Origin: Octopus bimaculoides
Lineage: Eukaryota
Length of the DNA stretch: 64,000 bases
NCBI RefSeq assembly: GCF_001194135.2
Contig: NC_068985.1
Span: forward strand, 115,699,153-115,763,152
Reading direction: 5' to 3'
Made by a program: the position numbers and the translations under genes. Numbering within the stretch: the first letter of the stretch is position 1; each line of letters starts with the position of its first letter. Below the pieces are notes generated by a model. The model was not told the DNA's origin. It searched no databases and was given only the letters and a program-made list of their open reading frames with translations. Positions 51,124 to 63,784 of the stretch are shown here, one piece after another.

Positions 51124-52124
51124 CTAGAACTTCTCTACTTCTCCCTCACTCCTTTCACTCCCTGGACCATATGCACTAAAAAAAAAACACTCACCTCTCT
51201 CCTCCCTATCTCATCTTAAGCCACATTAATCTTGAAGACTCTTCCCTCCATTCTACCACACTTTCCTTCACACGGTCACTCACCAGTAATGCCACTCCCT
51301 CACGAATCTCCCCTCCCCTCCCACTCCCGATACTCGTCCAGTCACATCCATAAAGTGGTATTCTCCCTTACCTTTCATCTTAGTTTCACTGAGTGCCAGC
51401 ACATCCATCCTTCTCCTCATTACACTCCGTACCTCTCTCCTCCTTACCTCACTTGTATTACACTCACGCTCATTCCATGACCCTAGTACTAGGGTGAGAT
51501 TTGGCGTTAACCTTCTTCCACCGCGTTGTCTTTTTCTTGATGTCTTACAAGGAATATAAAATTACATGGAGGAGTGGATTCCCTGTCCTTTCAACCCCAC
51601 CCCGTTTAGTCGCCTCTTACGCCACGCAGGGATTATGGCTACTGCATTCTACCGATCTTCAGCCCCAGTCGCAGTGGGGTTTTCTAGTTAACCCATAGGT
51701 GGGACCCTTACAGATGCTACCACTCCGGGCCGGAGCAGACCCGAGGACAATAGTGACTAAGAAGGGGTTCTACACTCCTCAAACTCTGAAACCAGGGCTC
51801 CCATGACTTCACTTAAGAGTAGGGCTGATAACGAATATTACTTAATCTGAAGCTCTAACATTTTGAATACCCACGAAATTTTATGCGTAAGAGTTGGTAA
51901 CTCTGTGTTATTAACGTTAAAGGGATCTGGAATCAAATATAGAAAATAATGCGATTTAGAATTAATCCGTTTGAGTTTCAATATACATAAATGCCCTCAT
52001 AACAGTTTAAATATGTATGTATTATATAAATAAGGTGACATAAATAAAATCTTTGAAAACAATTTAAATATTATGACTATGACAACATATAAAAACCCTC
52101 AGAACAGTTTCAATGTGTGTGTTA

Positions 52125-52170
<46 letters not shown>

Positions 52171-52269
52171 GGAGAGAGGAGAAAGAACGAAAGAGACAGA
52201 GAGAGTGAGAGAAAGGGACAGAGATTTCAGTTTGTGGAAGCATTTAACAAAAATCTATTGTGAATATAT

Positions 52270-52750
52270 GACAGGGTAGGAGCAGTTATATCAGCGTATT
52301 TCACATCAACACTGGTTGGAAATGCATATCAGCATTCAAAACCGATGACAATATATCGTAATATATCATTATGAAAAGGCCTGATATTATCTGTAAATTT
52401 ATCAGGACAATCAAGATTTCTGAGAATTACCCATAATGCATCGCGGTTCACTGAAGAAAGGGTTTTAGTGATATCAATGAAGCGGTCGTAGAGTTAAATA
52501 CAATTCTCTCTATAGGTGACGTTAGGGAAATATAATAGACAGGCTTGGCTCCACATCCAGCATAAAAGAAAATAATCTGAATGAGACTCTTGAACAAGGA
52601 TTATCCTAGTGCGATGAATGGGCTGATCAAGAATAGTTGTTCGTTATTAACCTATAACACCGAGGGTAGAAAGGCCTCATGAATTACCTCTTTACCAGCA
52701 TTTCTTTGTACAACGCCCTTGACAGTACATCTTTACAATTGTGAAGAACT
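52270..52750 (-). mobile_element. Decayed RTE/BovB-like RT fragment
   Basis: FIDITK..SVNRDALWVILRNLDCPDKF..IRPFHND..FP..V...APTL. Confidence 0.55.
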
Positions 52751-53083
52751 GTATAAATTCGCCAAAAAGAATATATATAAGACGGTACAAAACATCCAGC
52801 GTTCTATTTCCCCCATATTTTGATAACAGCCATTGGAGCTTTAAAAATTTCTATTTCATTCATAGTTTGAGTCACATCCGTCTTAAGGGATGGGCATCCT
52901 TGGCAGTTACCCGGGTGTCTCAGAAGTCTGAAGTAGTCCTAATCTATGTATGCTGTAACCTGATGTCAATAAATAAATAATAGATGATGCACTATATCGA
53001 TTTGACCCGGGACCGACAATGCTACGATGAGTGCTTTGGTTTGTGTATTTATAAGTACCCGTGAAATATTGCTAGATAGCCTG

Positions 53084-53242
53084 AAGGAGGTGAGCTTGCT
53101 GAATCGTTAGCAGCCCCCGGTGAAAATGCTTAGTGGCATTTTGTCCGTCTTTACTTCAAATTCTACCGAGGCCGACTATGCTTTTCATCTTTCGAAGTAG
53201 CAGTTACTTTTGTAGTAGATGCAGCTGTCGTTTATGTAAGAA

Positions 53243-53305
<63 letters not shown>

Positions 53306-53450
53306 GTGTAGGTGTAGTAAAGGAAGTATTAGTTGGTGTAGTGGAAGATGTAGTACTACTTGTGTAGAATAAACAGAAGTCGATAGAATAAATACAAGTT
53401 GGACACTAGGGTCCATGAAATTGCTGGCTTTGTGTCAAAATTTAAACCAA
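53084..53450 (+). mobile_element. SINE family B split by an (AGT)n-rich insert (about 53196-53375)
   Basis: aaggaggtgagcttgctgaatcgttagc head to gctttcatctttcg; resumes at gtcgatagaataaatac..ttgtgtcaaaatttaaacc. Confidence 0.75.
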
Positions 53451-54199
53451 TATTACTTGATAGCCGTTGATCCTGCAGTGTATCTATTCTTTGGTCGTCT
53501 TGTTTTGGCCCTGTTGCTTTTCTAGCGTCGCTCCTCACCGGAAAGACTGATGGGGTTGATCGATAAGTTGCCAAGTACATATACATATGATAGGTAACCG
53601 ATTGCATTTTACCAGTAGCAATATTGAATAGCTGAACTCACTCGCGAACATACACAAAAATACATACATATATACTCGTGCTTATACACGTTCACCTGCT
53701 CACACACGTGCGCTCACACACACAAACATACACACACACACACGCGTTCGTATATTTTAGTGTTTGCTTTTATGTAAAGTTATATAAAATCAATTTAGTA
53801 TTCAACTAAAGGATTACTCAATACTTTTAGTAGGGTACATTTTTATTAACTTTAAGAAGGAAAAGGTCGTGAGTGACTTCGAAGTTTGAACTGCTCGCCT
53901 TCCTCAGACTATACGGACACGCACACACACACACACACATACACAGACACAACGGATATCGAACACGATCGATCGTACATCTTTTTCATTCGTAACAAAA
54001 GTTCAAGAGATTTTGGTGTTTATATTTTGTGGTGTGCACTTATAGAGATTTTGTGTGTTTGGGTGTGTTGGAGTAACTTATATTCGAAAAGTTTGCAGAT
54101 TTGCCCAATATATTTATGAATGATATCTCAACCTGATTGTATTCTAAATGATTCTTAGATGAATATCTATGTTGGCCTGTTGTAAATGTTTCAAATCCT

Positions 54200-54560
54200 C
54201 AGTTTAATATGTTACCTGTTGTTAATAACATATTGAATTTTTCTGCGATGCAACAAAGTCTATCTCTTTGGATATGGTCGAGTTATTACAACAATGCTTT
54301 ATTTTATTGGCATGTTGTTTCCTATACTTTTCAGATTCTAGATATATTGGAACATCGATGAAAATTTTATTATTTCTATGGATCTAAAGGAACTATAGTG
54401 CTATATATGCCGGATTTTGAAGATATTCTCTATTAGCCTTTTATATGTCATTTCGATAACATCTGCTGTTTTTATTGTGGCTTTATATATAAGAGCTTTC
54501 AATAGCAATTTTCAATTAAGTGGATAGTATAGTGCATTTCTGAATTTATATTTAGACAGT
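54200..54560 (-). mobile_element. Penelope-like GIY-YIG endonuclease remnant (a different lineage from the 2.9 kb copy)
   Basis: PLN..LLKALIYKATIKTAD...Y...IENIFKIR...HYSSFRS....QYI*NLK....IK*SIV..TRPY matches the CPL.G.CL..IIYKA..YIG..FK.RY..H.SSF pattern. Confidence 0.75.
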
Positions 54561-55168
54561 CGGGTTTTGTATTAAATCTCGTATTTCAGTTATAGTGGAA
54601 GATTTGGGAGGTAAAATTATCGAGGTGTCCAGAAGCTGGACTTTATTTCTATTAAAAATCTCGTGGTAGATATGTGTTACTAAGATGTAGTGAATATCAG
54701 TAACAGGAGGTTGTTTGCTGTATTAGTATTCATGCAGTATATAGAATTATATCAGTTCTTATTCAATGCTTTTTGTAAGCTAAAATAATTTTTTTGATCA
54801 AGTATACTTCTTGTATTAGGGGAGCGGATTTTATAAATATTGTTTATAAGCTGACAGTGTTGATATTTATTTAATTGTAATAGTCTTTCATTTCTTATCC
54901 TTGCATATATGATTATGGAATCTGTTTCTGTATACTGTCAATCAACCTTGCTTTGTGATTCTTGCTATTTACGTATGTTTATATCGCATGTAAATTTTAG
55001 TAGATTCAAAATGATTAGGTTTCTTTTTACTGCAAGTTTTAGAAAACATTTTAAATATGCTAATTAGGTTTTTTTCTAAATCCATTCATATGCTGGCGCT
55101 TCATGATCTCAATAACAGTTAGCTATATAGCCGTCTATTGGTTTAGTACTTACATATTGGGTGTCTCG

Positions 55169-55555
55169 CGTGGAGGCGCAATGGCCCAGTCGTTAGGGCA
55201 GGGGACTCGCGGTCATAGGATCACGGTTTCGATTCCCCGAACAGGCGCTGTGAGTGCTTATTGAGCGAAAACACCTAAAGCTCCACGAGGCTCCGGCGGG
55301 GGATGGTGGCGAACCCTGCTGTACTCTTTCACCACAACTTTCATTCACTCTTACTTCCTGTTTCTGTTGTGCCTGTAAATCAAAGGGTCAGCCTTGTCAC
55401 ACTGTGTCACGCTGACTATCCCCGAGAACTACGTTAAGAGTACACGTGACTGTGGAGTGCTCAGCCACTTGCACGTTAATTTCACGAGCAGGCTGTTCCG
55501 TTGATCGGATCAACTGGAACCCTCGACATCGTAAGCGACGGAGTGCCAACAACAA
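55169..55555 (+). mobile_element. SINE family C, full length, with 13-bp TSD
   Basis: A box TGGCCCAGTCG, B box GGTTTCGATTCC, (caa)n tail; TSD attgggtgtctcg (55156-55168) and attgggtgtttcg (55556-55568), 12/13. Confidence 0.92.
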
Positions 55556-57114
55556 ATTGGGTGTTTCGAATATTTAAACGGCGTGGAGTTGAAACTTCTG
55601 TAAGATCAAAGCTCGATAGAGATAGATCAGCATGACAATTTCCTGCTCTTTGGTCTTGAAGACTGTACGATTGTGCTTACATTGTTTGTGTTGTGATGGT
55701 GATGAAGGTTTTCTGAAATCGTAATATTTCATAAGGCATTTCAAAACGTATATATAAATTCTACTATGTTGAACAGAACACATCTAGATTTAGTTTTTAA
55801 TATTGTTAAACGGCGACTTGATTATAGAACCCATGGCGATAAGTTGAAGGTTTTTATATTTTATATATTTTAAATCTTCTAGGTGTATTTGTTTACTTTG
55901 CACAGTTTATGTAGCGGTTTATTAAACTGCGTTTCGTGCCGTTGGACGTGAGATCGGTCTCGCGTTTCTTCAATGTGATTGATCATTTGCGCAGACTAAC
56001 GGATTCTACATAGTATTCTGTTTAAAATTGCAATACTCGTGTTTTTACGTCGGCATTTATTCAGTTTGAAATGTCGGGAAAATGATTTTCCTAAAATGTT
56101 GAAGAACTAATACAGGTTTAGCATGTGCGGCTGTCTTTATTTCGTATACAACTTCATGTTTCTTCCGGCTCGGGCGAATGTATTATTTGGGGATTTAAAG
56201 ACGTACACCTGATTATTTTTTATATTAACTAATATTCTGACAACAGATTCCTGTGAGGTGTACAATCAGTTATACTGTGGAAGAGGAATGATAAAAGTGT
56301 GTGTGCAATAGAAAGAGAGAGAGAGAGAGAATCGATCAGTTTAAATACTAAACCTTAGCCTTTACATTTGTCTCAAACTCGAAACTGTAACCCTAATCAT
56401 ATTCCTAAACTTACCTTAATCCAAAATACTAACCGCAGTTTCAAAGCTAGCGCTAAGCGTTTTGCGTAGAATCGACATCTTCAATGTTTAAAGAATGTAA
56501 TTCTAGGAAGAAAGCTTGAAAATGAAAAGATACCTCCAGGTACGTATTTTAAGATTCAGCAGAACAAAACAAAAAGTGATAAAGAACTGCGAAAACTTTA
56601 CAGAATTGTAATCTGTTATTTTGAAAATATAGAAATTAGAAAGAATATTTAAAATGAGAACGATAATATGTAGAAAAGTTATGCGGTGTGTTTATCTCAA
56701 ACATCACCAAACAATATCATTAAAGAACAAGACGTTCCAAAGTTGAACTATTAGATCAACTTGGAGAATTTAATTTCTTGCAATGAGTAATTGAAGATCT
56801 GTTATTCAGTATGAGTTTGTGAGGTCATTATACCCCAGGAGATTCCGGCTAAGGAACTCGCACGTATAGGTTAGTTTCTTTTCGATTTAAAACGCTCTAC
56901 AAACTTGAACACAATTTTAAAGCGGTGCTTCATTTTTTTCCACAAATTCGACGTCAATATATGTGTGTGAGTGGATGCTCTTTTAATGTACTCGCACACA
57001 CAAGGACGCACGCGCACAGAGATTTCGTAGAAGAAATAAGAATCCTTGCGTAGAGGTCGTATATATTTCTTAGAAAATCCAACACTCCTTGTATTAGCTC
57101 CTTCATTATATATG

Positions 57115-57137
<23 letters not shown>

Positions 57138-57145
<8 letters not shown>

Positions 57146-57446
57146 AACAAAAGTGAAAAATCTACAGAAGGCTTGTGTTACATGTTTAAAGTATATATTT
57201 AAATTGTTATGTCAGAAAACTTTTATAAAATTTTGGGTATGTAAACATTGTATTTGGAGAAATAACCGGTTTCGTGTTGTCTTTTCAAATTTTTCTACTT
57301 GTATTGTAACATGTCTTCGCTCCCGTGTGCAAAAAAAGAGTTTATATACCCCAATTTTTATAAAATTTTTCTGACATAACAATTTAAATATATACTTTAA
57401 CCATGTAACAAGCCTTCTGTAGTTTTTTCACTCTTGTTTATCTTTA
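57138..57446. repeat. Imperfect inverted repeat (arms about 108 bp, spacer about 90 bp)
   Basis: aaagataaacaaaagtgaaaaatctacagaaggcttg..gggtatgtaaac versus its diverged reverse complement ending at about 57446. Confidence 0.85.
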
Positions 57447-57689
57447 ATACATCCAACCACGTGCTTTCACATACCAATATTCTCAACTATATNNNNNNNN
57501 NNNNNNNNNNNNNNNNNNNNNNNNNNNNNNNNNNNNNNNNNNNNNNNNNNNNNNNNNNNNNNNNNNNNNNNNNNNNNNNNNTATTACAGACACCAAAGTA
57601 ACTTTTGAACGCAGTATAACCATGAAAACAGCAGAAAGATTACGTATTCTACCCTTATAATACGCAAAAAATGTTGTCAGATACCGGCT

Positions 57690-57896
57690 GACTACTGTTT
57701 TTCACTCTAAGCACAAAGCCCGAAATTTTGGGTGAGGTGGCGGCAGTCGATTAGATCTACCTCAATACGGAACTGGTACTTAAGTTATCAACTCCAAACT
57801 GATGGAAGGCAAAGTCAACCTCGGCAGAATTTGAACTAAGAACATAAAGACAGACGAAATACCGCTAAGCATTTCGCCCTGCCAGCTCGCCGCCTT
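57690..57896 (-). mobile_element. SINE family B, near full length
   Basis: Tail through gccagctcgccgcctt head. Confidence 0.9.
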
Positions 57897-58153
57897 ACCG
57901 GCTGAGTACTCTACCATTAAGCTAACCTACCTGCTGACAACAATTACCGTCAAATTAAACACTAAGTAATATTAGCTTTTGGAATGCAAAAACTTTCTGC
58001 AAAGAAACTTTAGAAGAGTCGAATATGTTTCGTATTTTACAGACAAGAAATTAACTTTTGAACGCAGTATAGCCTTGAAAACAGTAGAAAGATTGTGTAT
58101 TCTACCTTACAAGACGGATAAAGTTGTCAGCAGATGGCTACGGGATTCGAACT

Positions 58154-58193
<40 letters not shown>

Positions 58194-58813
58194 ACGGCAA
58201 CTAACAATCAGAAGCTGATAGAACAAGTACTAGACTTACATGGTCAGAATTTAATGAAGAAACAGAAAGAAGGGACAGATGAAATTATATATGCCGTAAA
58301 TCCTCGAGTATAATCCGCATTTTTTTCCCCAAAATTTAAAGTATAAGACATAAAAATCTAATTAGTATCAATCTCCTCCTTAAAAACCTGTCTATCTACC
58401 TTTGCGGTTGGTGAGTGGCTGAGGATAATTTCGTATGTAGTAAAAAATAAACGAATATTGTTCATTGAATTTAATATAGTACTTCATCTTCAATGTTGAT
58501 TGTAAACGCCTTCATCGTGAAACAAAAGTGATATGATTCTAAGCATTTGTCAGACAACAACTGTTTTGCGTCGGCTCATAAATGAAAAAAATAATAAAAG
58601 AAATACTTTGGTTGTTTTAGGATAAATTCGGCTTCAACGCTGTTTGTCAAATATACCTATTGTGTATGTTTATGGGTGGAGGGAGAAAGTGGAGAGACGG
58701 GAGTGAAAGAATTATATGAGAGACTAAGAGAAAAAATTTGGGCAAGATAGAATAATTCCGAAGAAGTCGTAACCAGGCAAATAGAAACGAATATGAAAAA
58801 TAAATAAATTTAT

Positions 58814-59085
58814 AGGCGCAGGGCTGGCTTAATGGTAGGAAGTTTGATTCTAAACCACAAGTTTCCGGATTAAGTCCCACTGGCAAGATGGGTAAGTGTC
58901 ATCCACTACAGCCACAGGCTGACCAAAGCCTTGTCAGTAGATTTGGAAGGCGGAAACTGAAAGAAACTGATTGAACAAGTACTAGAATAAATCTTGGTGT
59001 CGATTTCTTTGACTAAAACTCTTAACGGCGGTGCTCCAGCATGGCTGCAGTCAAATGGGAGAAACAAGTAAAAGAATAAAAGAAT
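58814..59085 (+). mobile_element. SINE family A with the central body deleted
   Basis: aggcgcagggctggc head; jumps from ggaaactgaaagaa to agtactagaataa; tail intact. Confidence 0.85.
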
Positions 59086-59224
59086 AGATAGATAGATCGA
59101 GAGCAGAGTGACAGAAAAAGGCCGAGAGAAAGAGAAAGAGAAAACAACAGAGTTTGACTTAATCGTAAATATGTATACGTGTTTATATGTGGTTATTCTA
59201 CTTACATATTTGTGTGTAATTTTT

Positions 59225-59545
59225 TTTATCTAGACACAAGGCCCGAAATTTTGGGGGAGGGGGCCATTCGATTAGATCGATCCCAATACGCAACTGGTAC
59301 TTAATTTATTGACCGCGAAAGGATGAAAACAATGTCGAACTCGGCGGAATTTGAATTCAGAACTTTTCTTATTTCTTTATTGCCCACAAGGGGCTGAACA
59401 CAGAGGGGACAAACAAGGACAGACAAAGGTATTAAGTCGATTACATCGACCTCAGTGCGTAACTGGTATTTAATTTATCGACCCCGAAAGGATTAAAGGC
59501 AAAGTCGACCTCGGTGGAATTTGAACTCAGAAAGTTTCTACCAGT
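59225..59545 (-). mobile_element. Two adjacent 5'-truncated SINE family B copies, the second with an alternative 3' tail
   Basis: 59225-59362 has the standard ggccttgtgtctaga tail; 59363-59532 has the tail ccctctgtgttcagccccttgtgggcaataaagaaataag on the same central domain. Confidence 0.85.
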
Positions 59546-60199
59546 TCACCGCCTTCGAATAAGTCTAATATTCAAGGAAGTAGCATACTGTGTTAGTCTT
59601 CCTTCATGTTCAATGTGTCCTTCAGTTGTTAAAGATGACAGCGTAACAACTGAGGGTGATTTGGTTGTTATTTCTAGTAGGTCAAGCAACTGAGTAGAGA
59701 TTTTCGTACTGGACTCGAGTGAGTATATCCATACATGCATAAACATACACATTTTCTTTTGTTATCTTCTGCTGCGATTTGTGCATGTTGATGTGTAGGT
59801 GGAGGATGGTGTATATGAGAGAGAGAGAGTGAAGGACAAAGAGAGTGAAAGACAGAGAGATTAAAGGAGTGAGAGAGAATGAAAGAAAGAGAGAGAAATT
59901 TATTGAGGACAAGCTATATAAACACGAAGCTAAGTGTGTGTGTGTGGGGGGGGGTGTATGTGTGTGTGTACGGACATTTTTATAAGTAACTGGCTGAAAT
60001 ACGATTAAGTTTGTAAAATTTTGAAATTTAAATATCGTTATACACATTATATTATGTCTTTAGTGTAGAATAACAAGTGAATCATTCACTAGCGTATAGA
60101 GCACACATCAAAACTAATCAAATCAGTTATAATATTTGGGGAATAATCAATATAATTTTCTTATTATCATGTTATTTTGGCATTGTTTTCTCCATCCTC

Positions 60200-60420
60200 A
60201 AGGCGCCGAGCTGGCAGAACCGGTAGCACGCCGGGCGAAATATTTAGTGGTATTTCGTCTCCCGCTACGTTCTGAGTTCAAATTCCGTCGATGTCGACTT
60301 TGCCTTTCATGCTCTCGGAGTCGATAAATTAAGTACTGGTAAAACACTGGGATCGATGTAATCGACTATCCTCTCCCCCAAATTTCAGACCTTGTGCCTA
60401 TAATAGAAAGCATTAGTATT
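60200..60420 (+). mobile_element. SINE family B, full length
   Basis: ggcgccgagctggcagaaccgg head, gagttcaaattcc B box, ctttgcctttcat..gtcgataaattaagtac central domain, ccttgtgcctataatagaaag tail. Confidence 0.93.
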
Positions 60421-60654
60421 TCTATCCTCGTACTAGCAGCTTTCAGCATGTATATTTTTCAACAATTATTTTCGGCTCGGCTACCATAGTAATTCAATTA
60501 AATTGATTTCGATGTTTGAGTTAATTCCCTGAGTCTTCCGTTCAAGTAAGGCCTGGTATTTCAGCTACTCATTTAAAAAATTGTAAAGGACGATTGGGCT
60601 ATTTTTTCAAGAGTGAGAAGTAGGCAGATATCATCAAACACACACTGACGCACA

Positions 60655-60816
<162 letters not shown>

Positions 60817-62204
60817 AAACTTCGCAAGTGCCGTATGGAGACAGGTAAGTCAAAGAATAGACCCAACGTTTCCCCTGCATGTCGCAAAAGGCGATTAAAG
60901 GAGACTGAGGCAAGATTTGCCCTCTGCCCTTGTAAAAGCCTCCCTAACAATGACTACGGAAACAGACCATGGGATGGAGGGTTTTCAACTGTGGTATGCA
61001 AAAGGATCATCCATCAAGAGTAGGGAATCACCAACAAATGGTAGCTGCAACGACGCGCTATTACAGCGCATACTCCATGATAGTACAACTAATTGTAACA
61101 ACCACAGCCAAAACAGCTCGATGTTTGTATTGAGTAGAAGCCTCGCATCAAGAAGAATATAAAGTGATTAAATAGTATATATAGACCACTGTAACAATTT
61201 CATATAATACGAATAAGAAAGAATAAGATTAGCTATAATAGCAACAGCTATGATAAATATATGGACGTCAAAAATATAAAAATGGAGATTCAAATGAAGT
61301 TATACATTTTTCAAAAGTCATATAAAATTTATAGATGAAGTCCAAATTGTATCAGCTAGAGGATGAAAGCAATGTATGTCATAGAGACATATACGAATGA
61401 TGCAAGAAGTAAATAGTAAACATATTAATAGTTGGAAGAAAATGTTTAGAAAATAATGAAGGAAATTATGAAAAAATACAAAGGAATTATCAAGAAAATA
61501 CAACGAGTAAATAAAATAAGAATGTGATGCATAAAAAAATTACAGTAAATCACAAAAGTAAAAAAGATAAAATATCATATATGGACAATCAAAGAATATA
61601 TACTATAAAACGACAAAAAAAAAAGAAGAAACTAGAAATCACAAAACGACTTAAATAAGAAAATATTAGGAAAAAAGACCAAAGGAGAAAAGTATGAAAA
61701 AATATATATATAAAAATATAACAAAATAACACAATCTTAGAAACGAACTATATCACAGAAAATGTATCATATAAATATATACAGAATAAAACATAAAGTA
61801 TAAAGTAATAAAATCATTGAAATCTATTTATATTATGTTCTCGAATGCTCTGTCTATGAAATATGATTTGTTTTTCTTTCACGGTTGCGTTTTCCTACAT
61901 TAATAATACCCTCTTGTACACAGACGCGTAACACAATCACAAAGAGCATACACACATATTAATATATTAATGCACTCACACACGTATTTCTATATGCATG
62001 TATTTGTATATATATATATACATATGTATATATGTATATATAACGTTTATGCATATATATACATATATACATATATATGTATACATATTTATATATGTAT
62101 ATATATATATAAACTACTTATATATGTATGTGCATATATATAAATGTATACATACTTACATATGCATGCATATATGTATATATGCATGCATACATACATA
62201 CATA

Positions 62205-62259
<55 letters not shown>

Positions 62260-62767
62260 NNNNNNNNNNNNNNNNNNNNNNNNNNNNNNNNNNNNNNNNN
62301 NNNNNNTACGTGCATACATATATATGTATATGTATGTATATATAGAGAAAGAGAAAGTGAGATAGATTCAAATGATTTTTGTATTTTTTTTACACCAGTG
62401 GAAATAAAGAGATGATAATTTGAAAGTACACCTGGATGTTTTATTTTGTTTTTTTTGGTTTTCTTGCAAATATATTTACATTCACTTAACCGATTTCAAA
62501 ACATTTTGTTTTTTAATAGTGTGGGATGGAAGGACAAGGAGTTATGCTGCACTTGTCTCGGTATAACCTCGAGTTCTTTCCTCACGCACATTAAAAAAAA
62601 CAAACAATGGAAGTGGGAAACTTGTACAGCGAAGGTAAATAAATCTTTAAAAAAATCCTCCGGTGTGTTTTTAATTTGTCTTTTCTTTCTTTTGTTTTTC
62701 TTTTTGTACACATATGTATATTTTCATGTATGTATATACATTGCCACTGCTTTCAAACCAGTTGATT

Positions 62768-63150
62768 TTCGGTGAAGCATCTCTGCATGGCACTTTGGGT
62801 AAGTGTCTGCTGTTATAGCCCCAGGCCCAACAAAGCTTTGCGACAGAATTTGATAAAAGGAAACTGAAATAAACCCATCATATATTTCTGTCTGATTGTG
62901 TGTATATGTCTGTATGTTGCTTGTGTGTGTGTACGTGTGTGAGTTTGTATGTGTGTGTGTGTGTGTGTTTGTTTACCTCGGTGTTTGTTCCTACCACCAC
63001 CGCTTGACAACGGGTGTTTGCTGATACCCTCGTAACTTAGTGGTTCAGTAAAAGAGAACAGATAAGAAAGCTGTATTGAAGTCAATTTGACTAAAGCATT
63101 CGAACCGGTGCCCCAGGATAGTCAGAATTTAATGAACAAACAGAAAGAAG
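62768..63150 (+). mobile_element. SINE family A, diverged
   Basis: catggcactttgggtaagtgtctgct..ggaaactgaaa..ccgcttgacaacggg..ggtgccccagga. Confidence 0.8.
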
Positions 63151-63544
63151 TGAAAGATAAAATTATATATATATATATCCACGTTTGAATGTATGTGTGT
63201 GTGCGTGTATGTGAGGGGACTACTGAGCTCCATTTTTAACCCTGTACAACCTGTTGTATGATCGAGTCATCGGTGATTAAGCCGGTAACACCACCAAGGT
63301 CGAATTTAAGGAGGATGGCATTTAGGACACACTGTATTTAGGAAGATTAAAGTATTAGTTGCCTGTACGCTGAACAGGCATTGCAGTTAAATTGGGCAGC
63401 GCCCTGACTGACCAAGCACCCTCTTTCGGTGCAGCACTGCTTGATCTCAATAATGACGCCCTTAGGAAAGGTTGTTTCATAAACTTGCCTGACCCAACCC
63501 GGATGGCTCACCGCAGTCTACGTGAATTTCACTGAAAGTGATAG

Positions 63545-63784
63545 GATTTTGACGTTTTATTTTGCATTTGGCTATATGTTTTTGAAAGTAGCGCTATATC
63601 ATCTGCAAAGTCGAGATCTTCTAGAGCTTCTGCATCCGCCCATTCAATGCCTGTTTGGCTTTCAGTTGTAGTTTCCTTCATAATCGAATCTATAACTAGT
63701 AGAAACAAAAAAGGAGAAAGTATACAGCGCTGCCGAACTCCTGTTTTTACTTCGAATTTATCCGTAGCTCTGTTCCCATGCAAG
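63545..63784 (-). mobile_element. RTE-clade RT core (motifs 4-5), inverted relative to the rest of the element
   Basis: LHGNRATDKFEVKTGVRQRCILSPFLFLLVIDSIMK..LEDLDFADDIALLS..QMQNKTSK. Confidence 0.9.

Larger units (their letters stand above)
48760..51700 (-). mobile_element. RTE-clade LINE: 5' UTR, AP endonuclease and most of RT; 3' end missing; decayed; split by a SINE
   Basis: 5' UTR motif cgtaagaggcgactaa at about 51610; DVLALSETKMKGKG..EGVALLVS..SAYGPGSE..DLNARVG..GRNESGGKLL..RALLDYVLID (APE); IVPLYKGKGDK..ISLL..EQCGF..FMDLE.AYDRVDR..QGCVMSPWLFN..LKVNV (RT). Confidence 0.92.

Noticed and set aside
5834-60420. tRNA-like A/B-box sequences as tRNA genes
   Set aside because: All are 5' heads of SINEs followed by family-specific bodies; no complete cloverleaf.
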